This document shows, one piece after another, positions 50,928 through 61,944 of a stretch of DNA of 64,000 nucleotides (its first letter is position 1; every line of letters starts with the position of its first letter). Both the position numbers and the translations under genes were made by a program. Source of the stretch: Mobula hypostoma (taxonomy: Eukaryota). The stretch is from contig NC_086126.1 in assembly GCF_963921235.1 (NCBI RefSeq), positions 18,290,001 through 18,354,000 on the forward strand, given 5' to 3'. The notes beneath the pieces are model-generated. The model saw only the letters and a program-made list of their open reading frames with translations. It searched no databases and was not told where the DNA came from.

Positions 50928-52399
50928 GCAAGTTGGAAAAGTGGTGTTTTTGGATTTTCAGGAGCCATTTGCCAAGGTGCCACATGTAAGGCTGGTGCAC
51001 AAGACCAGAGCTCAGTACTGGGAAGGAAGTGTGTTAATTCTGACTGAAGACTGGTTATCATACTGGGATAGAATAACAGGTCTGTTTCAGACTGGGATGA
51101 TATTACCAGTGGAGTGTCCCAGTGACCAGTTCTGGATCGTCAATGATTTATTATTGATATTAATGACCTGCAGGAGGGGCAGAGAGTGAGGAATCCACGG
51201 TGGCAATGACAGGGAATGTGGTGGGAGACATGTTGTGATTGGACATTTGGTCTCTCCAATAGGATAAGAAGCAGCTGGTGAGTAGAATACTTGGTGAATG
51301 GAGTTTAATGTGGTGAGGTGTGATGGCATGTAGAGTGGTAGGAGGAATGAAAAGTCAGACTGTGATTTATGTGGCAATAAATTGTAAATGAGAGAAATAG
51401 AGAGGGGTCGAGGTGCTGAACTACACAACAAAATAGAGATGGGAGCAGTGAGTGGTTCATAAAACCATATTTGACCAAGGTTCAGAGGTGAATGGTTCAT
51501 TGACATTTGCTGCTGGGGTGTTGGTGCAGAGAAACAGAGAAGTGTTGTTACCATGACAGACAAGTGCACAATGATGGATTTTGGGAAGTTAAAGCAGGTC
51601 AGGACGTACCCAGTGAATGGAGGGTCCTGAGGAGTGTTGATGAAAGAGAAACCTGGGGCACAGGTATGTAATTCCCTGAAAGTGCCAACACAGGCAGACA
51701 AGGTGGTGAAGAAGGAGCACAACATGCTTATCTTCATCGGCAAAGGCTCTGAGAGGAGTTGGGACATCACATTACAGTTGTACAAATCAATAATGACACC
51801 ACACCAGGAGTACCCTCTGCAGTTCTGGTCACATGACAGGAAGGATGTGATTAAGCTGGAAAGGTGCAGAGATTTAGTTTCCTTTGGTATCGTGTTCAGC
51901 ACAGACATCATGGGAAGAAGGGTCTTTTCCTGTGCTGTACTGTTCTGTGTTCTCAATGAGCCTCATGACAGGGGAGTCTTTAGCCGGGGTCACAGACAGG
52001 TATAGCTGTGGCAAGGAGAGAGACTGCATGATGGTGCATTACCTCCCTGGTACCAGGGTCGAGGATGGAACAGAACAAGTACAGGGCATTCTGAAAGGGC
52101 AGGGTGAGCAGCCAGAGGTCGTGGTCCATATTGGCTCTAACAAAAGAGACACAGTCCTGCAAAGAGAACTTAGGGAGTTGGGGAAAAAGTTCAGTAGAAA
52201 CACTGTGGCGGTGGTGGGGCGGGTGGTGGGGGGGGGCGGTAATCCCAGTGTCAGCTGCTAGCGAGGGAAGAAATAAAAAGGTGATACAGTTATATGTGTG
52301 GCTCACAAGCCGGTGCAGGACGAAGGGTTTTAGTTACATGGGTCTTTGAGCTCTCCTTCAGGACAGGTACGAGATCAGTAAGTGGCATTGACGGATGTG

Positions 52400-52880
52400 G
52401 ATTAAAACAGAAACTAAATCCAAATGGATAAATTACAGTGTCTCAGTAGCATTACAAGTGCACAGATATACAAATATCAGAAGAGAAGCAAGAGAAAGAA
52501 TAAAAAGTTAGTTACCTCCAACAGTCGAACATGGGGGGGGGGGGGTCCCTTCCCCGGCTATAGGTTGACTCATTATTGACCCTGATGGCCCAGTGTAAGA
52601 ATGACTTCATACAGCGTTCTTCTGAGCAGCAGAGTTGTCTTAGTCTGTTACAGAAGGTGCTCCTCTGTTCAGCCAAGGTGGCCTGCAGAGGGTGAGAAAC
52701 ATTTTCCAGAATTGCCAGGATTTTCCGTAGGGTCCTTTGTTCTACCACGGCCTCCAGTGTGTCCAGTTTGACTCCTATAACAGAGCCAGCCTTTCTAATC
52801 AGTTTATTGAGTCTGATGGCATCACCAGTCTGATGGCATCACCCATGTTGATGCCACTGGCCCAGTACACCACTGCGTAG
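52400..52880 (-). mobile_element. Rex1/Babar-like LINE 3' fragment
   Basis: AILENVSHPLQATL...RLRQLCCSEER...SFL..AIR motif. Confidence 0.6.
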
Positions 52881-53188
52881 ATAGGCCAAATTAATGAGCA
52901 CAGTGGCACTGAGGGCCTAAAGTGTGTTTATATCTGTGCAGGTGTAGAACGGTTAAAGCAGACGTACTCAGAGCCTGGATTAGTACACGGCACGGTGACT
53001 CAGCCATTACAGAGATCCAGCTGAGAGAAGGGCAAGATTGGTAGTGAAACATTCCAGGATTCATATGGTTCAGACAGTCCAGAGGGAGGTGACTGAGGGT
53101 GGGGATCTGCACTGCTGATCAGGCAGAATGTCACAAGGTCGAGGTCACCCCGGAGGCTCCTCCAGTAAGACAATGTGGGTAGAGTGGG

Positions 53189-54185
53189 CAGACCAACATG
53201 GAATTAGTGTTCATAGTGGAGACACAGCAAACATCCCACAGATATCTGATGGAGACATTTCAATATTCTGCCATAATGTGTAACAACCGCCGTCTCCAGG
53301 GAGAAACTAATGGGACTAAAAGCAAACATTACCAGGTCCCAACGACCTGCACTAAAGTCTGGAGAGAAAGTGGAGACATTGAAGTCTGTCAAAACTCACT
53401 GTTACAGAAAGGTCCCCGTGGAGATGAAAACCATTGTTGAAGGAGGGTGGAAGATGAAAAGCAGGTAACTGTAGCCCAGTTAACTTCACTTCAGGTACTG
53501 GAGTCGATAATCTATCAAGAAATAGTAAATCATTTTGAAAAGTTTAATGTCATTGAACTAAGTCACCGGGGTTTACAGTCAGATTCACACAGCGCAGAAA
53601 CAAGACCTTCAGCTCAAATGGTCCACGATGACCAAAGTTCCCATCTGAGCTCGTGGTCTGTAACCCCCTCAACACCACCAACTGGAAAAGTTGCCCTTCA
53701 GGTTCCTATTAAATCTCATCTTAAACCAATGCCCTGCAGTTCTTGATTCCCCAACACTGGCAAAATGATTGTTATCTTTGACCCAACCCAGGCCCCTTAT
53801 AATTTTATACACCTCTGCAATTTCATTACTCATTCTTCAACATTCCATGGAAAATTGACCAAAACACTTTCCACAAATCAGTCCTTCAAGATCCAGTAAC
53901 ATCCTCGTAAATCTCTTCTGCTCTCTTTCCAGCTTAATGGTGTCTGTCATACAGCAGGGTCACTAAAACTAAACACTATTTGGAAAATGCGGCCAAACCA
54001 ATGTGTTGGACAACTGCAACATTTCATTCCAGCTATAATATTCGGTGCCCTGACTGAAGGCCAGTGTTCCAAAAGCCTCTTCACCACCCTGTCTATCTGG
54101 AACCTGATCTCGGACCCTGTAACCTGGGTTGTTGAATGTTCAGTCATGTTTGACAAACATACCAGAGATTTGAGACTTTACAGGG
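53189..54185 (+). repeat. ~1-kb direct duplication, copy 2
   Basis: Near-identical to 49938-50927. Confidence 0.92.
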
Positions 54186-54204
54186 GAAATTGCAGAAGTT
54201 GGAT

Positions 54205-54533
54205 ATACCTCTTGCCCATCCTCTGGGTCCCCCCCCCCACTTTTCTTTCTTCCCGGACCTCCTGTCCCATGATCCTCTCGTGTGCCTTTTGCCAATCACC
54301 TGTCCAGCTCTTGGCTCCATCCCTCCCCCTCCTATCTTCTCCTATCATTTTGGATCTCCCCCTCCCACTTTCAAATCTCTTACTCACTCTTCCTTCAGTT
54401 AGTCCTGACGAAGGGTCTCGGCCTGAAACGTCGACTGCACCTCTTCCTAGAGATGCTGCCTGGCCTGCTGTGTTCACCAGCAACTTTGATGTGTGTTGCT
54501 TGAATTTCCAGCATCTGCAGAATTCCTGTTGTT
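54205..54533 (+). mobile_element. Penelope pLTR tail with intact hammerhead (54400-54437)
   Basis: Near-identical to the reverse complement of 4720-5050. Confidence 0.85.
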
Positions 54534-55124
54534 TTTGTTTGTTTGTATTGTATGCTTTAGTAGGTCTGTGGGAGATACCCAGAATGTGAAGCTGTACTCA
54601 TAGAGAGAGACACACTGAGCCAAGTCACAGCTTGATGGGCAGAGAGGAAAACAGAGAATTTGATGTTGTGTCCTTATGCCTGAACTATGCCCAGTTAGAA
54701 GTGTTGATCCTCCGGACAGTGTTCAGCCTCACTGTAACAGTGTGACATCAGACATCAACATGAAAACTAAAATAATCTCACTGAGATATATTCTCTTTCA
54801 CCCGTTGATCTTCTTTGCACACATTTTACAGGGCAGAAAAGGCAAAGAATTTCTGTCTGAGAACCTCAAACGCAACAGCGTGTCACTTCTGCTGTGTCTG
54901 TCAGTTCCCCAGCATTTGAATGCTACCAATCACTGAATATGAAGGTGGAGATGGTTGAGAAGACAACACACCAGAGTTTTCAAGCAGAGCCCCAGTACTT
55001 TGTGTGTGTTACTTTATAGTTTATTCCCAGCATCTGCTGAACCTCGAGTTTCATATCTGCATTTCGAAGTGAGTGGGACTTTGACAGTTGTCACATAAAA
55101 TGCCTGTTGACATTGGGTAATAAA

Positions 55125-55645
55125 CAGGAGAAAATCTGCAGGTGCTGGGAATCCAAGGAACACACACAACATGCTGGAGAAACTCTGCAGGCCAGGCAGC
55201 ATCTGCGGATAAAAGTACAGCTGATATTTTGGGTCGAGATTCTTCAGCAGGACTGGAGAAAAAACAGTGAGGAGTAAATTTTAAAGGTGGGGAGGGGAGA
55301 GAGAAACACAAAGTGACAGGTGGAACTGGGAGGGGGAAGGATGAAGTAAAGAGCTGGGAAGTTGATCGGTGAAAGAGATACAGGGCTGGAGAAGTGGGGA
55401 GTCTGACAGGAGAGAACAGAAGGCCATGGATGAAAGAAAAGGGGGGAGGAACACCGGAGGGAGGCAATGGGCAGGCAACGAGAGGGAAAGGGGGATTGGG
55501 AATGAAGAGCCAGGGGAGTCATGACTGGAAGATCAAGAAATCGATGTTAATGCCATCAGATTGGAGGCTGCCCATACAGAATACAAGGTGTTGTTCCTCC
55601 TACCTGAGTGTGGCCTCATTGTGTAGGAGGCCATGGATTGACATC
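55125..55645 (-). mobile_element. Degenerate Penelope 3' fragment
   Basis: pLTR and GIY-YIG C-terminal homology. Confidence 0.7.
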
Positions 55646-55759
55646 TCCATTGAGTATATTGTTTGTGGAAGCTTGCTGTGTTCAAGTAGCTGCGGAGTTT
55701 TCTGCATAAAATCATTGACTGATTTTGAAACATGTGGCGTGGAACCAGCACTTGCCCCT

Positions 55760-57360
55760 CAAATTAATCCAGTATGTTAACAACAGCACATCACCTCCCT
55801 TTTCCAGAACATAATTCAACCACACTATTACCATCCATTCCGTAAGTTTACACAAATGGGACGTCAGTGATATTGGTCTATATCTAGGAGGATCCAACAG
55901 GGGTTTCCCAGGTTTTAGAATAGACACTATAATTGCCATTTTCCATGAGGAGGGAAGATGGCCTGAACTCCAATTATAATTCAGAAATGTAATATTATCT
56001 CTAAAGAGTTGTTGACCATATGTTAAAACATGCAATAACATGTATCATCCTTTCCTGGAGCCGTCTGACCTGTACTATAAATAACTTCCTTAAATTCACA
56101 CAAAGAAACTCTACATCACTAATACTATCATTGCTACAGCTGGTTTCCAACACATTAAGGTATTCTTGTAAAACTTATCGCTACATTGTTTAGTCTCTCT
56201 ACCTATTTTGATTATGAACTGAAGCAAATGACCGAGCCAGGACTCAACCGTCTCTCTTTCAGGAACAATTGTATTACCTTCTTTAATCAATATTCGGAAC
56301 CCTATGAATCCCATGCCCCCATTTTCTTAGTCATTCCCCAAACATCTTCAAGTTTAATAGTCCTTCCAATACTTTCACAATATGACCTCTAGTAAATCTT
56401 TTTCACAAGCTTCATTACTTTCCTCACCACGGCCTGTGACCTGTTACACTTAATATGATCAGGCGGAGAGTGATACTTCTTAACTTTCGGAAATGCCACG
56501 TTTCTCTCAGTAACTGCCTCTGCACACTCCTCCGTCCACCATGGTACAGCTTTTCTCCCACTAATGCACTTTTTAAAATGAATCTCTGCCACCACAATTT
56601 GATGAATAATGTGACAACGTTTCTTTGCAGAAATCCACATCATCCTCACCATTCAGCCCAGACACTCAACACATAAAACATTCAAACTTCTCCCAATTTG
56701 CTTTACCAGAGTTCCACCTCCTAAAAGTGGCCTCATGCCCCCTATATAAATCCAAACTCAAGCTTATAAACATAGAAAAATGATCACTCCCCAATGCTTC
56801 ATCTCCCATGACATCCCACTACTCACTCCAATGTTCAAAACTAAAGTTAAATTTACAGCAGTTTCAGAACTATTATGAACATTAAATCTCGTACCTCTCC
56901 CACCACAGGATATGAAATATCTGAAACTCTTCTGTAAACAAAACATCACCAATCTGAGAACAACCCCACAGTGAACTAACTATATGTTAAAATCCTCACA
57001 CCATACAACCCTTAGTGAGCTAGAGCTACACATACTCTCCAACAAATCAATCGGAAGCTTTCCACAATGGTTATAAAAACACACAAACAGGAGGAAATCT
57101 ACAGATGCTGGAATTTCAAGCAACACGCATAAAAGTTGCTGGTGAACGCAGCAGGCCAGGCAGCATCTCTAGGAAGAGGTCCAGTCGACGTTATAATAAT
57201 ATACCGCTTTATTGCACCTACCTGTGGAATCAAATGTGTCTTCAAATGTCTCAGACATTTCATTTACATCCACAACTCTATGCCCTCTCCCTCTCTTTAA
57301 AAAAAACTTGCACCACCACCTCCTCTACCAACTAATCTATCACGCTTAATTACAATATAA
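55760..57360 (-). mobile_element. Degenerate I/Nimb-clade LINE (EN and RT N-terminus), with a Penelope tail inserted at ~57075-57190
   Basis: VPWWTEECAEAV and LPSSWKMAIIVSILKPGK...RYRPISLTSHLCK motifs. Confidence 0.7.
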
Positions 57361-57489
57361 CACTGGAAGGAAGAACTTAAATGCGATAGCAATCAGGTTT
57401 CCTGATACATATAACATCACATAGATTTGATAAATCAGAAATAAACTTGAAGTTTTGACCATTAGGAATCAGGCTTCTGCAAATCGCCC

Positions 57490-57620
57490 TATGATACAGG
57501 CGGGGCGGGAGATGCGGAATGTAGTGGGGCGTTTATGATTGGTGAAACAGTGCCTGATCTGATTGGAAAGAGCAAATATTCCAATCACAGAGCTGCCTTA
57601 TTCACCAATCAAGAGACAGC
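57490..57620. promoter_or_regulatory. Orphan histone-type promoter (GC box and four CCAAT boxes)
   Basis: GGCGGGGCGGG ~57499; ATTGG ~57538 and ~57562; CCAAT ~57581 and ~57605. Confidence 0.5.
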
Positions 57621-58246
57621 AACGGGAGAAGCGCGGAAAATACCGTCTAACCGCCGAAATAGACTGAAATTTGCAAAACACCGCCAAAAAAGCCTTTGTT
57701 GCTGAAATTAAACCACAACAGGTTCGTTTGTCGGCTCTTTACCCCCGTTACTGGAGTCTGAGTGTAGTTAATATTGCGATGGTGTCTGGGACATTAGTTC
57801 ACCGATATCTTTCAATTGATAAACGATTGGAATAAAACCGATTCTCAGCCGCTGTTCGCGGTCGGTCATTGTGTAAAACTTTAACAAATACTCTGAACGA
57901 CCCGTGACAATGTTCAGATCTCGCGTTGGAATGGGGTTAAGAGAAGTAACCAAAATGGGACAAAGCTTAATGAACCCACGGGTAATTAAACCAGAAACAA
58001 CAATTAGCGTCCACGTCAGAGAAATGTGATAACCGAGTGAAAGCGACGGGGAGAGGAGTGCGTAACGATTCCGTGTCTGTGCAGTTGGCAGGAATTAACA
58101 GAGAAATCGGGATTATACTGAGCAGCGGACAGCAAATTCTGATTAACGGGGATAAGATTCTGAATGAGCTCATCAACAAAAATAATCCAAATCTATCTCA
58201 ATTCCATGTCTCAACATTCAGTAACTCTTTTAATGAAGCCGTGAGT

Positions 58247-58262
58247 GGCTCTTAAAAGAGCC
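58247..58262 (-). terminator. Histone 3' stem-loop (H2B)
   Basis: Minus strand GGCTCTTTTAAGAGCC. Confidence 0.93.
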
Positions 58263-58299
58263 TTTGATTTTCCGGTTTGTTTTGTCAGTAAACTTGTCT

Positions 58300-58674
58300 T
58301 CACTTGGAGCTGGTGTACTTGGTCACGGCCTTTGTCCCTTCGGACACGGCGTGCTTGGCCAGCTCCCCGGGCAGCAGCAGGCGCACGGCGGTCTGGATCT
58401 CCCGGGAGCTGATGGTTGACCGCTTGTTGTAATGGGCCAGGCGGGAAGCCTCGCCCGCGATGCACTCGAAAATATCGTTGACGAATGAATTCATGATGCT
58501 CATGGCCTTGGAGGAGATGCCGGTGTCGGGGTGAACCTGCTTCATCACTTTGTAGATGCAGATGGAGTAACTCTCCTTCCTCGACCTCTTGCGCTTCTTG
58601 CCAGACTTGCTCGCTGGTTTGGACAAAGCTTTCTTGGCGCCCTCCTTGGGAGCGGGTTTCGCTGGATCCGGCAT
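58300..58674 (-). CDS. H2B: Histone H2B (K12E, Y40C, R72C relative to human numbering)
   Basis: 124-aa [13 protein letters not shown]...VTKYTSSK; upstream TATA-like, octamer-like and CCAAT elements at 58725-58850. Confidence 0.95.
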   Translation of the reverse strand: MPDPAKPAPKEGAKKALSKPASKSGKKRKRSRKESYSICIYKVMKQVHPDTGISSKAMSIMNSFVNDIFECIAGEASRLAHYNKRSTISSREIQTAVRLLLPGELAKHAVSEGTKAVTKYTSSK

Positions 58675-60686
58675 TTCCTGGTCGGTTTCAAACACGATAA
58701 TGAGCAGAAGCTGTTCGGAGCGCGGATTAAATAGGCAGCGCCCAAAGCGGGATGTTAATGAGGATGGGAATTCTGAGCATTTCCATTGGCTGTTTGGAGA
58801 AATGAATCACCAATCGGAACGCTGGGGGATGGGAAGCGGCGCCAATGGGCGGGGTTAACGCTGTCGTTTAATGTGGGAGGAAGTACTGAAGGGCAGAGAC
58901 AGGCCGGGGTGCGGCCTGAGATTGAAAAGGGAAACGCAAATTTCAAAAGCAGAATGAAAACAAAGATGAAATATTGTAAAAATTAAACACCAAGACGTTT
59001 AGTTCAGGGCAGCAGGAGAGGGAAGGAGAGATTTGGACATTTCAATATAAAGTTCAAATCGAGTTTATTTTATGCACAGGTGAAAGGAACAACGTATTTG
59101 TAGCAGCATCACAGACACATTGCATCACAGACACAACACTGACAAGAAACACTGAAATTAAATATGAATTATACCAAAATATTCAAAGAGACAGAAGCCT
59201 ATCAGAACAAAATCCAAATAACAAAGAGATTATGCGGGCAGTGGGAGAATCATCCCTCTTGTGCTTCTTCATCTCGTCACTCCAGATTCAGTGTCACACA
59301 ACGCTGCCACTTTGATCTGGCCCATGTCTTCATTAACCAGGTCCAACACTTGCCTTTATTGGATCTTCCTCCTCCTTACATGAGTCATCGGGTTTGTGGG
59401 GGTGTGCCCAGGGTTAATTGGGGTGTGTGCCCCCTTGGACTTTAGGATTAGGTTTGAGGGTAGGGCTGGTGGATATGTATGTGGGGCTGGGAGAGATAAG
59501 GCTGTAGAGTTTAGTATGGTGAGATAGGTGGGGCTATGGTGGATAGGGTAGTGTAGTGTAGCCACTTCAATCTGGCCCATGCCTTTCATTAATGTGGCCT
59601 GACACTACTTGGCTTAATGAACTGGGTGTGCAAAGGGACACATCATTAGTAACACTATTTAGGGTCATTGGGTGTTTCGGGTCTTCAATCATGAGACATC
59701 CTCACCCAAGTGACCCAGCCAGGGTTTATCCCATGGACCAACATAACGAGAGGCATGTAATTCTGCATGTTGTGGGTATTTTGGACCTTGTTACTTGGCT
59801 TTATTTTGATCATTTGGGTAATAGAATGTTCTGAGGCCTAGTTATCAGGCTTTACCCCCAAGTAAGGTTCAACTTCCCTACTTTAAATTTACACCTGTCT
59901 TTATTTTGCATCTGTGTGCCTGGGACTGTGTGGATAAACAGTGTTTACTGCAGTACAAAGTAGTAATTAGGGTTGTGCAGATTGGTCCATAATTCCGAAA
60001 TGCAAACATCTCTGAAATCCAAGATTTTTTGTGCTGACATGACATCACAAATGGAGAATTTTACTCACAATTAAATTGCTCGTCTACTGAAGAGAGTTTC
60101 AGGGCTCTGGGCCTCTATTCACTGGAACTTAGCAGAAAGAAGGGTTACCAGATTGAAACCTATCAAATAGTGAAAGGGCTTGAGTGAGTGGATGTGGAGA
60201 GGGTTTTAACTGTGATGGGAGTGTCTAAAACTGGACCACACCGCTTCAAAATAGAGGGGCGTCCTTTTAGAATGTAGAGAAGGAGGAATTTCTTCAGATT
60301 TCTTCAGCCAGAGAGTAGTGAATCTGTGATTTTTTTTTTGCCACAGGCAGCTGTGGAGGCCAAATCACTCAGTATAGACAGAGATTGATAGATTCTTGAT
60401 TAATCATGGCACAAAGGGATACAAAGGAAGGCAGAAGATTGGGGCTCAGAGGAAAAATTGATCAGTGATGATGAAATGCCAGAGAAGGCTCGACAGGCAA
60501 AGTGGCCGAATTCTGCTCCTATATCTTATGACTAAAACTCTCCCAGAAAGCGTTGATCTCAGCTTTGACTCAACCCGGCACCTGAGGCTCCACATTACTT
60601 ATATAAGGAATACAGAAGGTCTTTGTTCTTTGATTAAAGAAATATCATCTCATTTCCATCCTGAATGCTTGTCACCTCATTCTGAG

Positions 60687-60913
60687 CAACAGACACAAAA
60701 TGCTGGAGGAAGTCAGCAGGCCAGGCAGCATCAATGGGAAAGGGTAACGAGTCGATGCTTCAGGCTGAGCACCTTCACGCTGAGATCTGATGGAAGGGTC
60801 TCGGCCTGAAGTGTCGACTGTTTACTCTTTCTGTTCTGCTGAGTTCCTCCAGCATTTTCTGTGTGTTGCTTTCGATTTCCAGCATCAGCAGATTCTCTCG
60901 TGTTTGTGATTTA
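60687..60913. mobile_element. Palindromic mini-element made of two inverted Penelope tails, inserted in a CR1 fragment
   Basis: 14-bp TSD CACCTCATTCTGAG at 60673-60686 and 60914-60927. Confidence 0.8.
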
Positions 60914-61944
60914 CACCTCATTCTGAGGGTATTTTCCTCAGTTATGGAGTTCTTATTCAGGGGAAACATTCTCCTTGCTGAATGCCTGTCACATCCTGAA
61001 AGAATCTAACAGGAACTGCAGGGAATGCAGACCCAGCCCACACACTCTCCTCTCACTTAACCAACCTTCCATCCCTGGAACCAGCCCAGTCAGTGTGGAG
61101 AACACTCACTGCACTCCCTCTATTGCAGGGATATCCTTCCTGAGGAAGTGTGACCAAACCTGGACACGATACTCAAGATGTGCTCTCACCAGGGCCCTAT
61201 ATAATCCCATTGAGACATCTGTACCCTCTTCTCCACTCCTCCTGGATCACAGGACAAAATACTGTTTCCCTATCTCATTACTTGTTGTATCTGCATGTTA
61301 ACTCAAGTGATTTGTTTACAAGGACGCCCAGGTCCCTCTGAACATCCCCGTGTGGAAATGACTCTTATAGTTTGTTCCTGGGAATGGGTGATCGCACATT
61401 TCCCCACATTCTGTTCCATCTGCCACATCCTCAACCATTCACTCTCCTGTCTACATCCCCCAAACCTTCTCACTACTGACACTGTCCCTCCCGCTCTGCC
61501 ACGGCAGCAGACGTAGTCACTCAGTTATGCAGCACAGAAACAGGCCCTTCAGCCCAACACATCCATGCTGACCAAGTGGCCAAACAAAACCATTGTCAGT
61601 CGCCTGCATTTGGCCCATGTCCCTGTGAGACTTCCCTCTCCACAGTCCAAGAGATATTGCAACTGTGCCCACCTATACCACCACTTGGGGTAGTTTGTTC
61701 TATGTAAATAGCATATTCTGTGATTAAAACCTCCTCATCAGGGTCTCACTGAAATCTTTCGTCTCTGACTTTATATCTGTAATCTCTCGCTTCCAACTCC
61801 ATAATCCTGGAGATAACAGATTCACTGCTGACTGTATCAATGTCTGCCATTATTTTATCAGCCTCTCTAATGTCACATACAGTCTGGTGAGAAAGGTCCT
61901 GGCCTATCCAGCCTCCTGTTAAATCCCTTTTGCACCTAGATTGT

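Noticed and set aside
51087-51956. 289-aa minus-strand ORF
   Set aside because: Antisense to degenerate CR1 fragments with no recognisable domain.
59561-59597. SECIS element on the minus strand
   Set aside because: The ATGA...GA spacing is too short for helix II, and there is no upstream selenoprotein ORF.
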